A stretch of 39,110 nt of DNA from Octopus bimaculoides (Eukaryota), in assembly GCF_001194135.2 (NCBI RefSeq), contig NC_068981.1, forward strand, positions 123,515,426 through 123,554,535. The letters are read 5' to 3'. This document shows, piece after piece, positions 22,050 through 33,964 of this stretch. Positions within the stretch are counted from its first letter, which is position 1. Each line of letters begins with the position of its first letter. A program made the position numbers and the translations under genes. The notes under the pieces were generated by a model. The model was given only the letters and a program-made list of their open reading frames with translations, made no database searches and had not been told where the DNA came from.

Positions 22050-25000
22050 TCATCGCCATCACTCGCACAACACGTGTAAACACGCTCGGCACATTACGAT
22101 CCAGTTAACATGAAACCATCTCCGTCCCCAGCCACCATGTACAAAAAATGAAAAATAAATTAAATAATACCCATATTATTCAACTCAAGGATAACAATCG
22201 GGAAGTACGTACTCTAAACTTGTTACACAAAATGTACGGAAAGCTACACCATTTAACACCAGAAATGAACGGAACGGTACCCTACGAAAATGATGACCAT
22301 GAAAATCAAGGGCCGGACGTTATTCCTCATCTCATGCAAATAAAATCAAAATGGCATAAATGGACACGTGAGGAATATATTTCAATCCTACACGCTTATT
22401 TTACGGCAGTGCTCTACCCACAGAAAGAAAACACAACAATATTTACATATGAAATCTGGAAGAAAATAATTTAGATAAAGATTTGAATACAGCAATGAAC
22501 ACTAATAGACTAGCTAACATACGGAGATATATTCTAAAAACAAAAAAAAATCAGAAATAGAAATAGAATACTTAAAAGGAAAAAATACATCAGGAAAATG
22601 TAGATAGTAACCACACAGCAATGCCAAATAATATCATAAACACTGGGACTGTAAAATACAAAGACAGACGTAACATGTCCAACAAAAACGAAGTTAACAA
22701 TGAAAGACAGCAAACTCAACAACAAATAATGATGAGAAAAATGTACCAAACCAGAACATCACAGACAAAAATATAAAGGGAGGGAATACGAAAGAAATCT
22801 AAAACCTGGAAGCAATGAAGGTGAAACTAATGATTATGATACTCTAAACATTAGCATAATCAAAGAATTGAAGGCTACAGATCTCAGCATGGACCACCAA
22901 TTGTAACTCCCAAAAGTTAAGATTGATAATAAAACAGCGTCAATAATAAATAGGATGAACTTGGCCATCACAGAACTAATAGCTGCAGAAACAAATGTCA
23001 ATATGGTCAGGCTAAATGATATAATATATCCAGCAGTCGTTGTGACAACGAAAGAAGCGGAATTCTCTCTCAGACTCATCCAAACCACCCAAACAAGCCC
23101 TGTGGATAAATAATATCTAGAAAAAAAATAGAAAATAAGAGAAAGGATCTATCATCCCTTAATGAAACTAGTGCACAATCAACACTACTAAGCAACGAAA
23201 AGAAAAATACTACGTAAATACAAAATTACAGAACAAGGTATACCCGAGGTAAAAGAACAGGTAAAACAAGATATCCAAGCGAAAGCACAAATTATCCGCC
23301 GGTATGAGAAACGCCAATGTTTCTTTGAACAAAATAAACAGTTCAACTCCAACCCCAAAAGATTCTACCAAGAACTTGGTAAAAATAAAATAGAGATCAA
23401 TGCAGCACCAACAGCAGAAGAAGTAGAGGAATTTTGGAAAGAAATATGGTCGGCGAAGGAACAACCTCAGAAAAGGTGTATCAAATTAACGAACTCAGTA
23501 TCTGAACAACACTGGACCCCCAGAACAATTGCAGAGGTCACTCAAACACTGCAAAAACTAAGTAACTGGAAGGAACCCGGGCACGGTAAGATCACCAAAT
23601 TCTGGTTAAAATTCATGTGAGGAACACAAATAGCTGGCTCAGAAATTTAATGAAATACTAGCAGACACAGAGACAATGTCTGAATGGCTCACGGAAAGGA
23701 AAACTATTCTAATTCTCAAATCCACTGAAACGGCAAACCTACAAAATTACAGACAGATAACTTGTTTCCCTAGAATTTACAAAGCCTTTACTGCAATAAT
23801 AACGTAGAGACTGAGCCAACATCTGGAAGAAAACAACCTGTTTCCAGAAGAGCAGAAGGGATGCTGCAGGGGTTCATACGGCTGTAAAGATCAGCTACTG
23901 ATCAATAAAGCCATAACTGAAGACAACTGCAAATAGAAGAAGGGCCTAATTATGGCTTAGATTGATTACCGAAAAGCTTTTGATAGTATTCCACACGTAT
24001 GGACCCTAGAAACACTAGCCATGAACGATCATAAAATATATAAAACATTCCATGAAAATAAATGACAGACAGTGCTACAGCTACAGACAAAAGAGAGACT
24101 CATAAAAATCAAAGCCATTCCCATTAGAAGAAGAATATTCCAGCGAGACACACTCTCTCCACTCCTTTTCTGCTTGGCACTGACACATTTATTTGACATG
24201 CTGAACAGAACTGGATGTGGATACAACTGTTACGGTAAAGCAAGTAGCCACTTCTTATATGTGTTGATCTCAAATTGTACGCTACAAATGATAAACATCT
24301 GGAAACATTCTTACAGACAGAATATGAATTTGCTAAAGAAAGAAACATGAAATCAGGCTTAGTAAATGAGCCAAAGTAACATTGAAAAGAGAAAATCTAG
24401 TTAAGAGTAGCAACATCACACTGGATAAAGCAAATGAAATAAGAGAATTAGACCACAGCCAAACATACAAACACTTAGGAATCAATGAACTAGATCGGAT
24501 ACAACGCACACAGATGAAGAGGAAATGAGAAAATAATACTATAAATGAGTTAAATTAATACTGAAAATAGCGCTCAATGCGATAAACAAGATAAGTATCA
24601 ACACTCTTGCCGTCTCCGTTATAAGTTACAGCTACAATATTCTTAACTGGTTTCTAAGTGAACTAATCAAAATAGACAGTAAAACAAGAAAAATAATGAC
24701 AGGATTTAGGATGCACCACCCAAAATCTGACATAGAAAGGGTATATATACAACGTATGGAGGGTCCTTGAGGTCTTATACAGCTAGAAAACTATTACAAA
24801 ATAACTACCGTAGGACTACACAAATACCTGCTTCAAAAGCAAAGAAAACTAATACAAATAGCCACAAAACACGAACAAAACAAAAAGATGTTTCCAGTCT
24901 TTAAGGAAGCTGACAAATACAAAAAGAAAGTCATAGTACCCAACAACTACGAAGAAAAAGAAGAAACAACAAAAGCTGTAAAACAACTGAAATCCAGACT

Positions 25001-25887
25001 AAAACTGAGACAGCAACGGATCATGATAAAACGATGGCAAGAAAAGCCCTTTCATGGCAAATACTGGGTTAAACTAAACGCAAAAGAAATAGACAAAGCA
25101 AAATCCTAACAATAGCTGAGAAGCTCAGGGCTCAAAGCAGAGACAAAGATTTTTAATTAGAGCACTAAACCAAAGCCTCCCCACCAGAAACTACCAAAAA
25201 CATATAATGAAAAGAAACACAAGTAACTGCAGAATATATGGAGATGGAGAAGAAGCAACAAATCATATTGTCTCTGGCCACCCAGTCCTGGCTAAGAAGG
25301 AATATATTCACAGACACGACAGAGTTGGGATCTATATACACTGGAATCTATGCCAACACTATGGAATAACAACAGAAAAAAGATGGTATAGGCACACGCC
25401 AGAAAAGGTCACAGAAAATGAGAAAGTAACTATATTATGGGATATGCCAATACACACAGATAGAGAAATTAAGGCCAATAGGCTGGATATAGTTGTCAGA
25501 GATCACCATGAAAAAATGCTTTCTAATCGATGTATCAATACCAACAGATGAAAACGTTTCTGTAAAAGAAATAGTAAAACTTTCAATGTACAAAGACATG
25601 GAAACAGAGGTAACTCGAATGTGTAGTCTAAAAACAGAAAAATTCCTATCATAGAAGGCGCATTAGGTATGGTAAAAAAAATATTGATACAAATACATAA
25701 TATAAACACCAGGATTAACAAGTATGTATAGCATACAGAAAATAGCACTACTAGGCACCGCCCACATCTTACGTAACACTTTCAATACAGTAAAAATAAG
25801 AGCATCACAACAAACCACAGCACATACCGAAGGCACACAGAGCTGTGCTCAGTAGTGCAGACAAAGCACATGATAAGAATATTACTA

Positions 25888-25890
<3 letters not shown>
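22050..25890 (+). mobile_element. Near full-length decayed R4/Dong-type RLE non-LTR retrotransposon (single ORF)
   Basis: Ordered motifs: N-terminal KWTREEY; EFWKEIWS; NWKEPG..ITKFWLK; [23 protein letters not shown]; IDYRKAFDSIPH; RRIFQRDTLSPLLFCLAL; MHHPKSDIER; WQEKPFHGKYW; CRIY..NHIVSGHPVLAKKEYIHRHD; ILWDMPIHTDREIKANRLDIV; 3' UTR ends ACTACTG then (AAT)n. Many stops and frameshifts. The 5' boundary is uncertain and could extend to about 21843. Confidence 0.93.

Positions 25891-25977
<87 letters not shown>
25891..25977. repeat. (AAT)n tail/target array
   Basis: Perfect (AAT)n directly after the LINE 3' end. Confidence 0.95.
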
Positions 25978-25978
<1 letters not shown>

Positions 25979-26297
25979 CAGATATTGACAAAGCCCTTAC
26001 CTATCAATGGCTAATGGGCCTCTGGCTTGAAATCAGAAACAGAAGGGTTTATCATAGCAGCCCAAGATCAATGCCTACCTACAAAGAATTACCAGGCCAA
26101 CATATTAAAGAACGGCAGCTCCCCATTATGTCGTATATGTCAACAACAAAATGAGACCATCGATCATGTTGTCTCCATGTGCAGTCTGCTTGCACCACAG
26201 CAAACCACAGCACATACCCAAGGCGCACAGAGCTGGGCTCGGTAGTGAAGTGAAAGCACGTTATAAAAATAAAACTACTGAACAATAATAATAATAA
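25978..26297 (+). mobile_element. Second R4/Dong-type copy, 5'-truncated and internally deleted
   Basis: Encodes KSETEGFIIAAQDQCLPTKNYQANILKNGSSPLCRICQQQNETIDHVVSMCSLLA (CCHC region), then jumps at about 26196 to the 3' UTR shared with 25803-25890 and ends ACTACTGAACAATAATAATAATAA. Confidence 0.9.
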
Positions 26298-27623
26298 GTG
26301 CCCTGATCTTAACTGATTGGAAGTGTTATCATGTACATTGTTTTGTCTTGGTATAAAAGATGGGCTACAGAAAAATATTCTGCTCAANNNNNNNNNNNNN
26401 NNNNNNNNNNNNNNNNNNNNNNNNNNNNNNNNNNNNNNNNNNNNNNNNNNNNNNNNNNNNNNNNNNNNNNNNNNNNNNNNNNNNNNNNNNNNNNNNNNNN
26501 NNNNNNNNNNNNNNNNNNNNNNNNNNNNNNNNNNNNNNNNNNNNNNNNNNNNNNNNNNNNNNNNNNNNNNNNNNNNNNNNNNNNNNNNNNNNNNNNNNNN
26601 NNNNNNNNNNNNNNNNNNNNNNNNNNNNNNNNNNNNNNNNNNNNNNNNNNNNNNNNNNNNNNNNNNNNNNNNNNNNNNNNNNNNNNNNNNNNNNNNNNNN
26701 NNNNNNNNNNNNNNNNNNNNNNNNNNNNNNNNNNNNNNNNNNNNNNNNNNNNNNNNNNNNNNNNNNNNNNNNNNNNNNNNNNNNNNNNNNNNNNNNNNNN
26801 NNNNNNNNNNNNNNNNNNNNNNNNNNNNNNNNNNNNNNNNNNNNNNNNNNNNNNNNNNNNNNNNNNNNNNNNNNNNNNNNNNNNNNNNNNNNNNNNNNNN
26901 NNNNNNNNNNNNNNNNNNNNNNNNNNNNNNNNNNNNNNNNNNNNNNNNNNNNNNNNNNNNNNNNNNNNNNNNNNNNNNNNNNNNNNNNNNNNNNNNNNNN
27001 NNNNNNNNNNNNNNNNNNNNNNNNNNNNNNNNNNNNNNNNNNNNNNNNNNNNNNNNNNNNNNNNNNNNNNNNNNNNNNNNNNNNNNNNNNNNNNNNNNNN
27101 NNNNNNNNNNNNNNNNNNNNNNNNNNNNNNNNNNNNNNNNNNNNNNNNNNNNNNNNNNNNNNNNNNNNNNNNNNNNNNNNNNNNNNNNNNNNNNNNNNNN
27201 NNNNNNNNNNNNNNNNNNNNNNNTATATATATATATATATATATATGTCTTACTCGGTCTACTTGTGTATGTGCATACCTTATTATCTAAGACTCTCTTA
27301 GCAACATTCAAACATCTCTCCCGCCCTTTGTTATTCTTTCTCTCTGTGCACATGCATATATATACACATGTATATATGTGTGTGTGTGTGTGTGTATGTA
27401 TATATATATGTGTGGGTGTATATGCACACATGTAAATATAAAGGTATTTATAGACATAGATATATCATATATGTATATGTACACACGCACACGTATTATG
27501 CATATATATATATATATATATAATTGGGTACCCTCCCAGCAGTATACTGGATAGATACTATCCCTTAGTGGGTTGTACCCCCAACCCCTAACTCTCTCAC
27601 GTTATATATATAAATATATATAT

Positions 27624-27690
<67 letters not shown>

Positions 27691-28818
27691 TATATGGAAG
27701 TGTGTGTGTGTGTTTGTGTGTGCGTGCGTGCGTGCGTGCGTACGTGTGTGTTTGTGTGTTGCATTATAATTTAAACTTCATGACAATAAACTATACTTAC
27801 TGCATGTGAATTTTCATATATAGAAGCACTACGTGGAGGACTCGTACGAGTTGCATTTGGTTATTTTATATACTTCAATAAATCACAGAGAACACAAAAA
27901 ACAACAAAATGTAACATTTGTGTGATAAAATATTTAGTAACGTCATCTTATTTGCATTTCGTTAACAATAACAAATACAATAAGGGAGACTTAGAAGCAT
28001 ATTTAATCGTCAAAATCTACAGAGTCTGCGTAACTCACTTTACTTACCTTTACTGTAAATATTGGACTGCAGATAAAGTTAAATTATCATTTGTCACTGC
28101 TGTTCTTGTGGTAATTGATACTGTACTACTCTCGGCAGTCCAGTAGAAAGATAAAGGTTACTACTGTTAATTACACAATTTCTGAAGATATGAGAAGGCA
28201 ATCTATTATAAAACTTGAAGTTTTTCCTCTTGCAATTTGAACTTTCTATTTTTTTCACTGTTAAGGAAACAGATGTATTACAACGTAACTAAATTTATTA
28301 TGAACTATCTCGCCGGTTTTAATTAATATCTTGAAGATTGAAAATCGTCACCAATCGTTTGATGGTGATTCTTGTAACAAGTATCAAAACAGAAAATAAC
28401 GTTTATATGAGTATCATTTTATTTCAGCCTTTGGTATCCGACTAAAATGTTCTCGAACTTATCTATTTGCATGTACACACACGCACTTATGCTCATTCGC
28501 ACGCATATATGTTCCTGCGTTTGTGTCTGTATGTTGTGTGTATAAATGTTCCTTTTTAGAGCACTACCACGCATAAAGTCAGGTTCGCAGTCTGTATTGG
28601 TATATAAATGACTGGGATAACAACACCCCACCTTCAAAGAGGAAAATTACTGTCCATGAGACTGTTCGAATTAGAGTATTCCACCATTCTGAAGAGTCAG
28701 GCTCCGTCAGGCAGCTTGCAAAACTTCAAGCCGCACATAATCCGAATAAAATTGTTTTGAATAATACATACATATATGTGGGGGGGGGGGTATGTATGTG
28801 TATACTTATATATGTATC

Positions 28819-28874
<56 letters not shown>

Positions 28875-29916
28875 NNNNNNNNNNNNNNNNNNNNNNNNNN
28901 NNNNNNNNNNNNNNNNNNNNNNNNNNNNNNNNNNNNNNNNNNNNNNNNNNNNNNNNNNNNNNNNNNNNNNNNNNNNNNNNNNNNNNNNNNNNNNNNNNNN
29001 NNNNNNNNNNNNNNNNNNNNNNNNNNNNNNNNNNNNNNNNNNNNNNNNNNNNNNNNNNNNNNNNNNNNNNNNNNNNNNNNNNNNNNNNNNNNNNNNNNNN
29101 NNNNNNNNNNNNNNNNNNNNNNNNNNNNNNNNNNNNNNNNNNNNNNNNNNNNNNNNNNNNNNNNNNNNNNNNNNNNNNNNNNNNNNNNNNNNNNNNNNNN
29201 NNNNNNNNNNNNNNNNNNNNNNNNNNNNNNNNNNNNNNNNNNNNNNNNNNNNNNNNNNNNNNNNNNNNNNNNNNNNNNNNNNNNNNNNNNNNNNNNNNNN
29301 NNNNNNNNNNNNNNNNNNNNNNNNNNNNNNNNNNNNNNNNNNNNNNNNNNNNNNNNNNNNNNNNNNNNNNNNNNNNNNNNNNNNNNNNNNNNNNNNNNNN
29401 NNNNNNNNNNNNNNNNNNNNNNNNNNNNNNNNNNNNNNNNNNNNNNNNNNNNNNNNNNNNNNNNNNNNNNNNNNNNNNNNNNNNNNNNNNNNNNNNNNNN
29501 NNNNNNNNNNNNNNNNNNNNNNNNNNNNNNNNNNNNNNNNNNNNNNNNNNNNNNNNNNNNNNNNNNNNNNNNNNNNNNNNNATATATATATATATATAGA
29601 TATAGATATATAGATATATATATCCACACAACTGATATAAAAAACCCGAAGAAAAACACAAGAAGAAAAAAACAACACCACGAGTACGTGGTATATGCAA
29701 AGTATTAACAGACGCGGAGGGAAGAAAAAATCGTGGTTTTACGTTTTACGCTTTGAGCAAAGCTCAGACCTACTATATGTATTTATATATATTGATGTAG
29801 ATATAGGGCTGAGTTAATTTAGACCTTAAGTGTTCAAGAACAGAGCTTGTAGTTAACTGAACATCCCAGACATTACGCAGAATTCCAACTTTCACTCTAA
29901 TACGATTTGTGTAATT

Positions 29917-30720
29917 CTTCATCATCATCCTTCGACCAACATACAGCCTTGGCCAAGAGTATTAGGTCACCCAAATGTTTTGGGGTTCGGCTATCTCAAT
30001 GTGCACATGATAGATTATAGTATATTTCACAATATACATTAGTTTTAATATCTGGTTTCCCTCCTTTAGCATCAATTGCTGCTTTTATACTGTACTGTAC
30101 ATATGCAACTAATTATGAGTAAGACCAATGTCCAAAATTAACTTATGTTTCCTTGATTATTTCAGAGTTTTATGCTAAAATACGTTGTAGATACAGTTCT
30201 TAAACAGTAAAATGCCTAAAACAAAGGACCTGAGTGAGTGTGAGCGAGGTCAAATCGTAGCTTATCATGAAGATGGAATGTCTCAAATGCAAATTGCTCA
30301 GAAGATGAAATGTTCTACCATGTGCACGAGTTTCAGTAATTTTGAGATACCAGAACCCCAAAACATTGGGGTAGCCAAATACTTTTGGAAAAGGCTGTAT
30401 GGTTGGTCGGAACTCCACTGACAATCCCTTTCCACAATACACGGTCCTGCATTGCTATGTTCAGATCTCTCATATCCAACCCTAAGTCCCGTGATATAGC
30501 ATCTGGAAATGCCATTTTCCTGGAGAAAAGACTTCCAGAGGGATGCCATAGGAGCAGGGATGAGATAACCTTCTTCTCTGCTCGATGACGGTGGCCATCA
30601 AATTGTAGCCGTTTCTGCTTTAGCTTGAGGGATATTGGTATCAGATTTCCGTAGATGTTACTAAGTATTGGCTTTGATCTCCAACTGATGTTCTGTATTT
30701 TTCGAGAAGGTTGGTATATG
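29917..30720 (-). mobile_element. RTE-clade LINE 3' fragment, interrupted by a Tc1 element
   Basis: Minus-strand translation IYGNLIPISLKLKQKRLQFDGHRHRAEKKVISSLLLWHP..MAFPDAISRDLGLDMRDLNIAMQDRVLWKGIV matches the RTE C-terminal pattern (RRLxFAGH..LLW..D..MxDRxxW). Ends in a (GAT)n tail at 29917-29929. Confidence 0.85.
29944..30397 (+). mobile_element. Internally deleted Tc1-family DNA transposon
   Basis: Imperfect TIRs of about 56 bp (CAGCCTTGGCCAAGAGTATTAGG... / ...CCAAATACTTTTGGAAAAGGCTG) and a TA duplication at 29942-29943 and 30398-30399. ORF start 30212 MPKTKDLSECERGQIVAYHEDGMSQMQIAQKMKCS is a paired-like HTH N-terminus, truncated at about 30317. Confidence 0.92.
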
Positions 30721-30930
30721 TCCCATCTAGATGTTTTTCTAAGAGAGCCGATAAGGTTCAGGTCTCTGAACCACAGAGAAGGACCGGACCAAGCAGTGTT
30801 CTAAATATTTTAACTTTTAACGTGGGTGGAAGGCTTGAGTACCAGATCTTAGGCAAGTTAGCATGACCTTCACTAACACTACTGGCCATTCAACTACAGT
30901 TACAGTCCATTCTACTACCTCCCAAAGTGC

Positions 30931-31415
30931 TTTGTTACCATATTAAAATACATTACATTTAACATCTTAGGTTATTTGCTTAACTAGTTTTATTATTTGA
31001 ATTTTGCAAATCATTCTGGTTAAAATAGCTCGTTCACCCAATTTCGTCGAAAGGCAAAGAGCGAACCGAGGCTTTGTTAGAAAATTCCATGCAATAAGTT
31101 GGATTCCCGAGAATCAGATATTGTGATTCGGCTTGGGTTTATTTTACATATGTGTGTTGTGTTATGTTGTGTTGTGAGTGTGTGTGTGTACGTGTGAATG
31201 TGTGTGTGTGAATCTCTTTGTATGTGTGCGCGTGTGTGTGTTTGTATTAGTGTGTGAGGAATTGAATAACCGAGAATTTTTTTGCCTATAGTATGGTATT
31301 CAGTGAAACGTTTGTTAACACATTAAAATTCATTACATTTGACATCTTAGATTATTTGGCTTAACTAGTTTTATTGTTTGAATTTTGCAAATTATTCTCG
31401 TTAAAATGGCTCGTT
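30931..31415. repeat. Pair of about 105-bp direct repeats (30931-31035 and 31311-31415)
   Basis: TTTGTTA.CA.ATTAAAAT.CATTACATTT.ACATCTTAG.TTATTTG...AACTAGTTTTATT.TTTGAATTTTGCAAAT.ATTCT.GTTAAAAT.GCTCGTT occurs twice, 380-nt period. Confidence 0.85.
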
Positions 31416-31840
31416 AATAATTTTGATTATGCACATATTGTTCAGTTGATTAAATCAGGGTTAATTGGATTATATTAAGCTAATGAGGTTCAATATCACA
31501 GAAACAAACCCTTGGTTATTCATAACTTGCATACATACGTCAGATTTTTCCATAAGTTTTTCGATTACTTTTCAGAGAATACTACATAATCACTTATTTT
31601 CTATTAATAAAATCGCTAAAAATCATTGCTAGATTTTATCTTTTTATTAATTCTATTGAGAGTATTGAGAGACAGATTCCAATTAAATCATAATTTCTCA
31701 ATCACGCCGTTCATTATATCCCCAGTGAAGTGTGACATCTAAATTCACAAGATTGATTCTCTTGGATCAATTTATTATTTTTTTTTCCTATTAGTCAAAC
31801 ATTGGCCAAAATAAGATTCGTGACTAGCTTTTTATATCGT

Positions 31841-32249
31841 TTAACTTGCTTCAGTCTTTGAATTTCGCCTATAGTGGGGCACTGCCTGGAACGAGTCGAA
31901 CGAGTCAACCCCAATACACCTTTTTTCAGAGCCTTCTTTTATTTTATCGGTTGGTAGTGCCGTACCACTAAGCTACATTGACGCAAACCGATAGTGGTGG
32001 AAACACAAACACACGGACACACACACAGATACCTCATACACACACACACGTGTACACACACATTCATAAATACCTGTGTGTTTGCGCGCACGAGTGCCTT
32101 CATTCAGTTTCCGTGTACCAATTCCATTTCTAAAAGGTTTTGGTCGAATCTGGGGCTATATTGGAAGACATTTACTCAAGGTGTTGGACAGTGGAACTGA
32201 ACCAAATCCACATGGTTGATGAGCAGGTTTCTCACCATCGAGCGACGCC
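31841..32249 (-). mobile_element. Old degenerate SINE copy (tail, microsatellite, head)
   Basis: Tail-like 31841-32010, (CA)-rich centre, head-like TTCAGTTTCCGTGTACCAATTCC...GAAGACATTTACTCAAGGTG...CAGTGGAACTGAACC...CACATGG. Confidence 0.6.
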
Positions 32250-32346
32250 AAAACTTTTGTCAGCTTATCCTAGAATACTTCACTAGATTACTATAATTCT
32301 ATCCACAATGACCAATAAACGTTCGTACAAACATGGTTAATTAGGT

Positions 32347-32783
32347 TTTATCTTTTATCTGTTTCAATGATTAGACTGTGGCCATGTTGGAGAACTTGAA
32401 GAACTTTCAGTCGAATGAGTCGACCCAGTGCTTATATTTTCGAAGCCTGGTACTTATTCTATCGCGTACCTATTGCCGAAACACTACGTTACATGAACGT
32501 AAATAAATCAACACCAGTTATCAAGTGGTGATGCAGGACAGACACAGAAACTCATAGGGGAGAATTCACAAAAAAAACAAACGACGAAGACAAGTGGAGT
32601 ATAAAACAAACAGATGTATTAGTATATATATGCACATGCGATGGGTTTCTTTCAGTTTCCCTCTACCAAATCCATTCAAAAGGCTAAAGTAAAAGGTACT
32701 TGCCGAAGGTGCCACACAGTGGGACAGAACCCGGTACCATGTGGTTGAGAAGCATATTCCTTGCCACGCAACCGCCTGCGCCT
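32347..32783 (-). mobile_element. SINE copy with a secondary insertion in its centre
   Basis: Tail TGTTTCA..A.ACTGTGGCCATGTTGGAG..TACTTATTCTATCG..TTGCCGAA; head CAGTTTCCCTCTACCAAATCC..TTGCCGAAGGTGCCACACAGTGGGACAGAACCCGG.ACCATGTGG..CCTGCGCCTA. Confidence 0.8.
32555..32625 (-). mobile_element. Short Penelope-type terminal fragment (same family as 6151) inserted in the SINE centre
   Basis: GGAGAATTCACAAAAAAAACAAACGACGAAGACAAGTGGAGTATAAAACAAACAGATGTATTAGTATA closely matches 6152-6217. Confidence 0.7.
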
Positions 32784-33770
32784 ACAAAAGGGTTAACGCC
32801 TACGTCTGCTGGTTGTCGAGTGCAGGTCGACAAATTGGAGGGAAACCATGCTAACCGTTACACCGCCGGATTCGGTCAACAATGACCGAAAAAAAAAACG
32901 TTCGTCTATATTCATTGAATACAAATACGGTTAATAGGTTTAAATAAATATGTAAATAAAGTTTGAGAAATTCATTCTCAATTCCTTGAAAATATCACCT
33001 TTTGGTTTTCAGTCTTTAATTGCCGTGAGGACTTGTTCTTTATTCGTTAACGAGGCAAAATTCAATTAAATTAGAATTTTCTGTGCACGACATTCAGTAC
33101 GATATATTTTTCAACGTTCGTGATATTAGCACTCGAATTACTTCCGTTGTACATTGTATTTGTATTGGTATGTGTGTGTGTGTATGTGTGTGTGTGCTTG
33201 CATGTGTGTAGGTGTGTGTATGTGCGTGAGTCTGTATGAGAATGCGTATATAATGACCGAGTGGGCTATATATGGTGCAATGGTTTTTAAACCAGACTAC
33301 ATTTATATACATGGTGAACTTCACCTTGAAAAATAAACAATTCTCTTCACATCAGTAATTTACTAACAATCAGGAAATATGTCTGATATTTAAATTAATC
33401 TACTTGATTAAATTATTAGCGTAGCAACAGCTTGGTATTTAGTTTTGAAGTGATTGTGAAATGTAGGCTATTTAATTGTTGATGAAGATATATAAAACCA
33501 GAAATTCGTCCTCATTCCATCCTCGATCTTTTGCTTAAGTGTAGGTTGTACAATAAGCATCACAGGTATTTTTCGAGTGTCAGTTATCCAGTAAATTTGA
33601 TTATATAATGTAAAGAATTGAAGAAAGCCGAGACGGCTAAAACTAATCCTTTGAACGTTCCAAATAGTATGAAAATGAACATTACTCGCACGTTAGTAAC
33701 CTGTTTAACAGCCGAAAATGTATCCACACAAGCGCACACAAACGCACACATAGATAGACACACATGCACA

Positions 33771-33810
<40 letters not shown>

Positions 33811-33893
33811 NNNNNNNNNNNNNNNNNNNNNNNNNNNNNNNNNNNNNNNNNNNNNNNNNNNNNNNNNNNNNNNNNNNNNNNNNNNNNNNNNNN

Positions 33894-33926
<33 letters not shown>

Positions 33927-33964
33927 TATGTATGTATATGTATACATATAGTCAATTCAAATAA

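Noticed and set aside
21843-22150. HDV-like ribozyme at the 5' end of the RLE LINE
   Set aside because: Short hairpins are present, but I could not fit the nested double-pseudoknot topology by eye; needs a descriptor search.
25782-25991. PolyL/polyN ORFs (also 15513-15954)
   Set aside because: Trinucleotide microsatellite translations.
28048-28150. Minus-strand consensus donor AAG|GTAAGT at 28048
   Set aside because: Upstream frames contain stops near the donor; only a very short or non-coding exon is possible and there is no other support.
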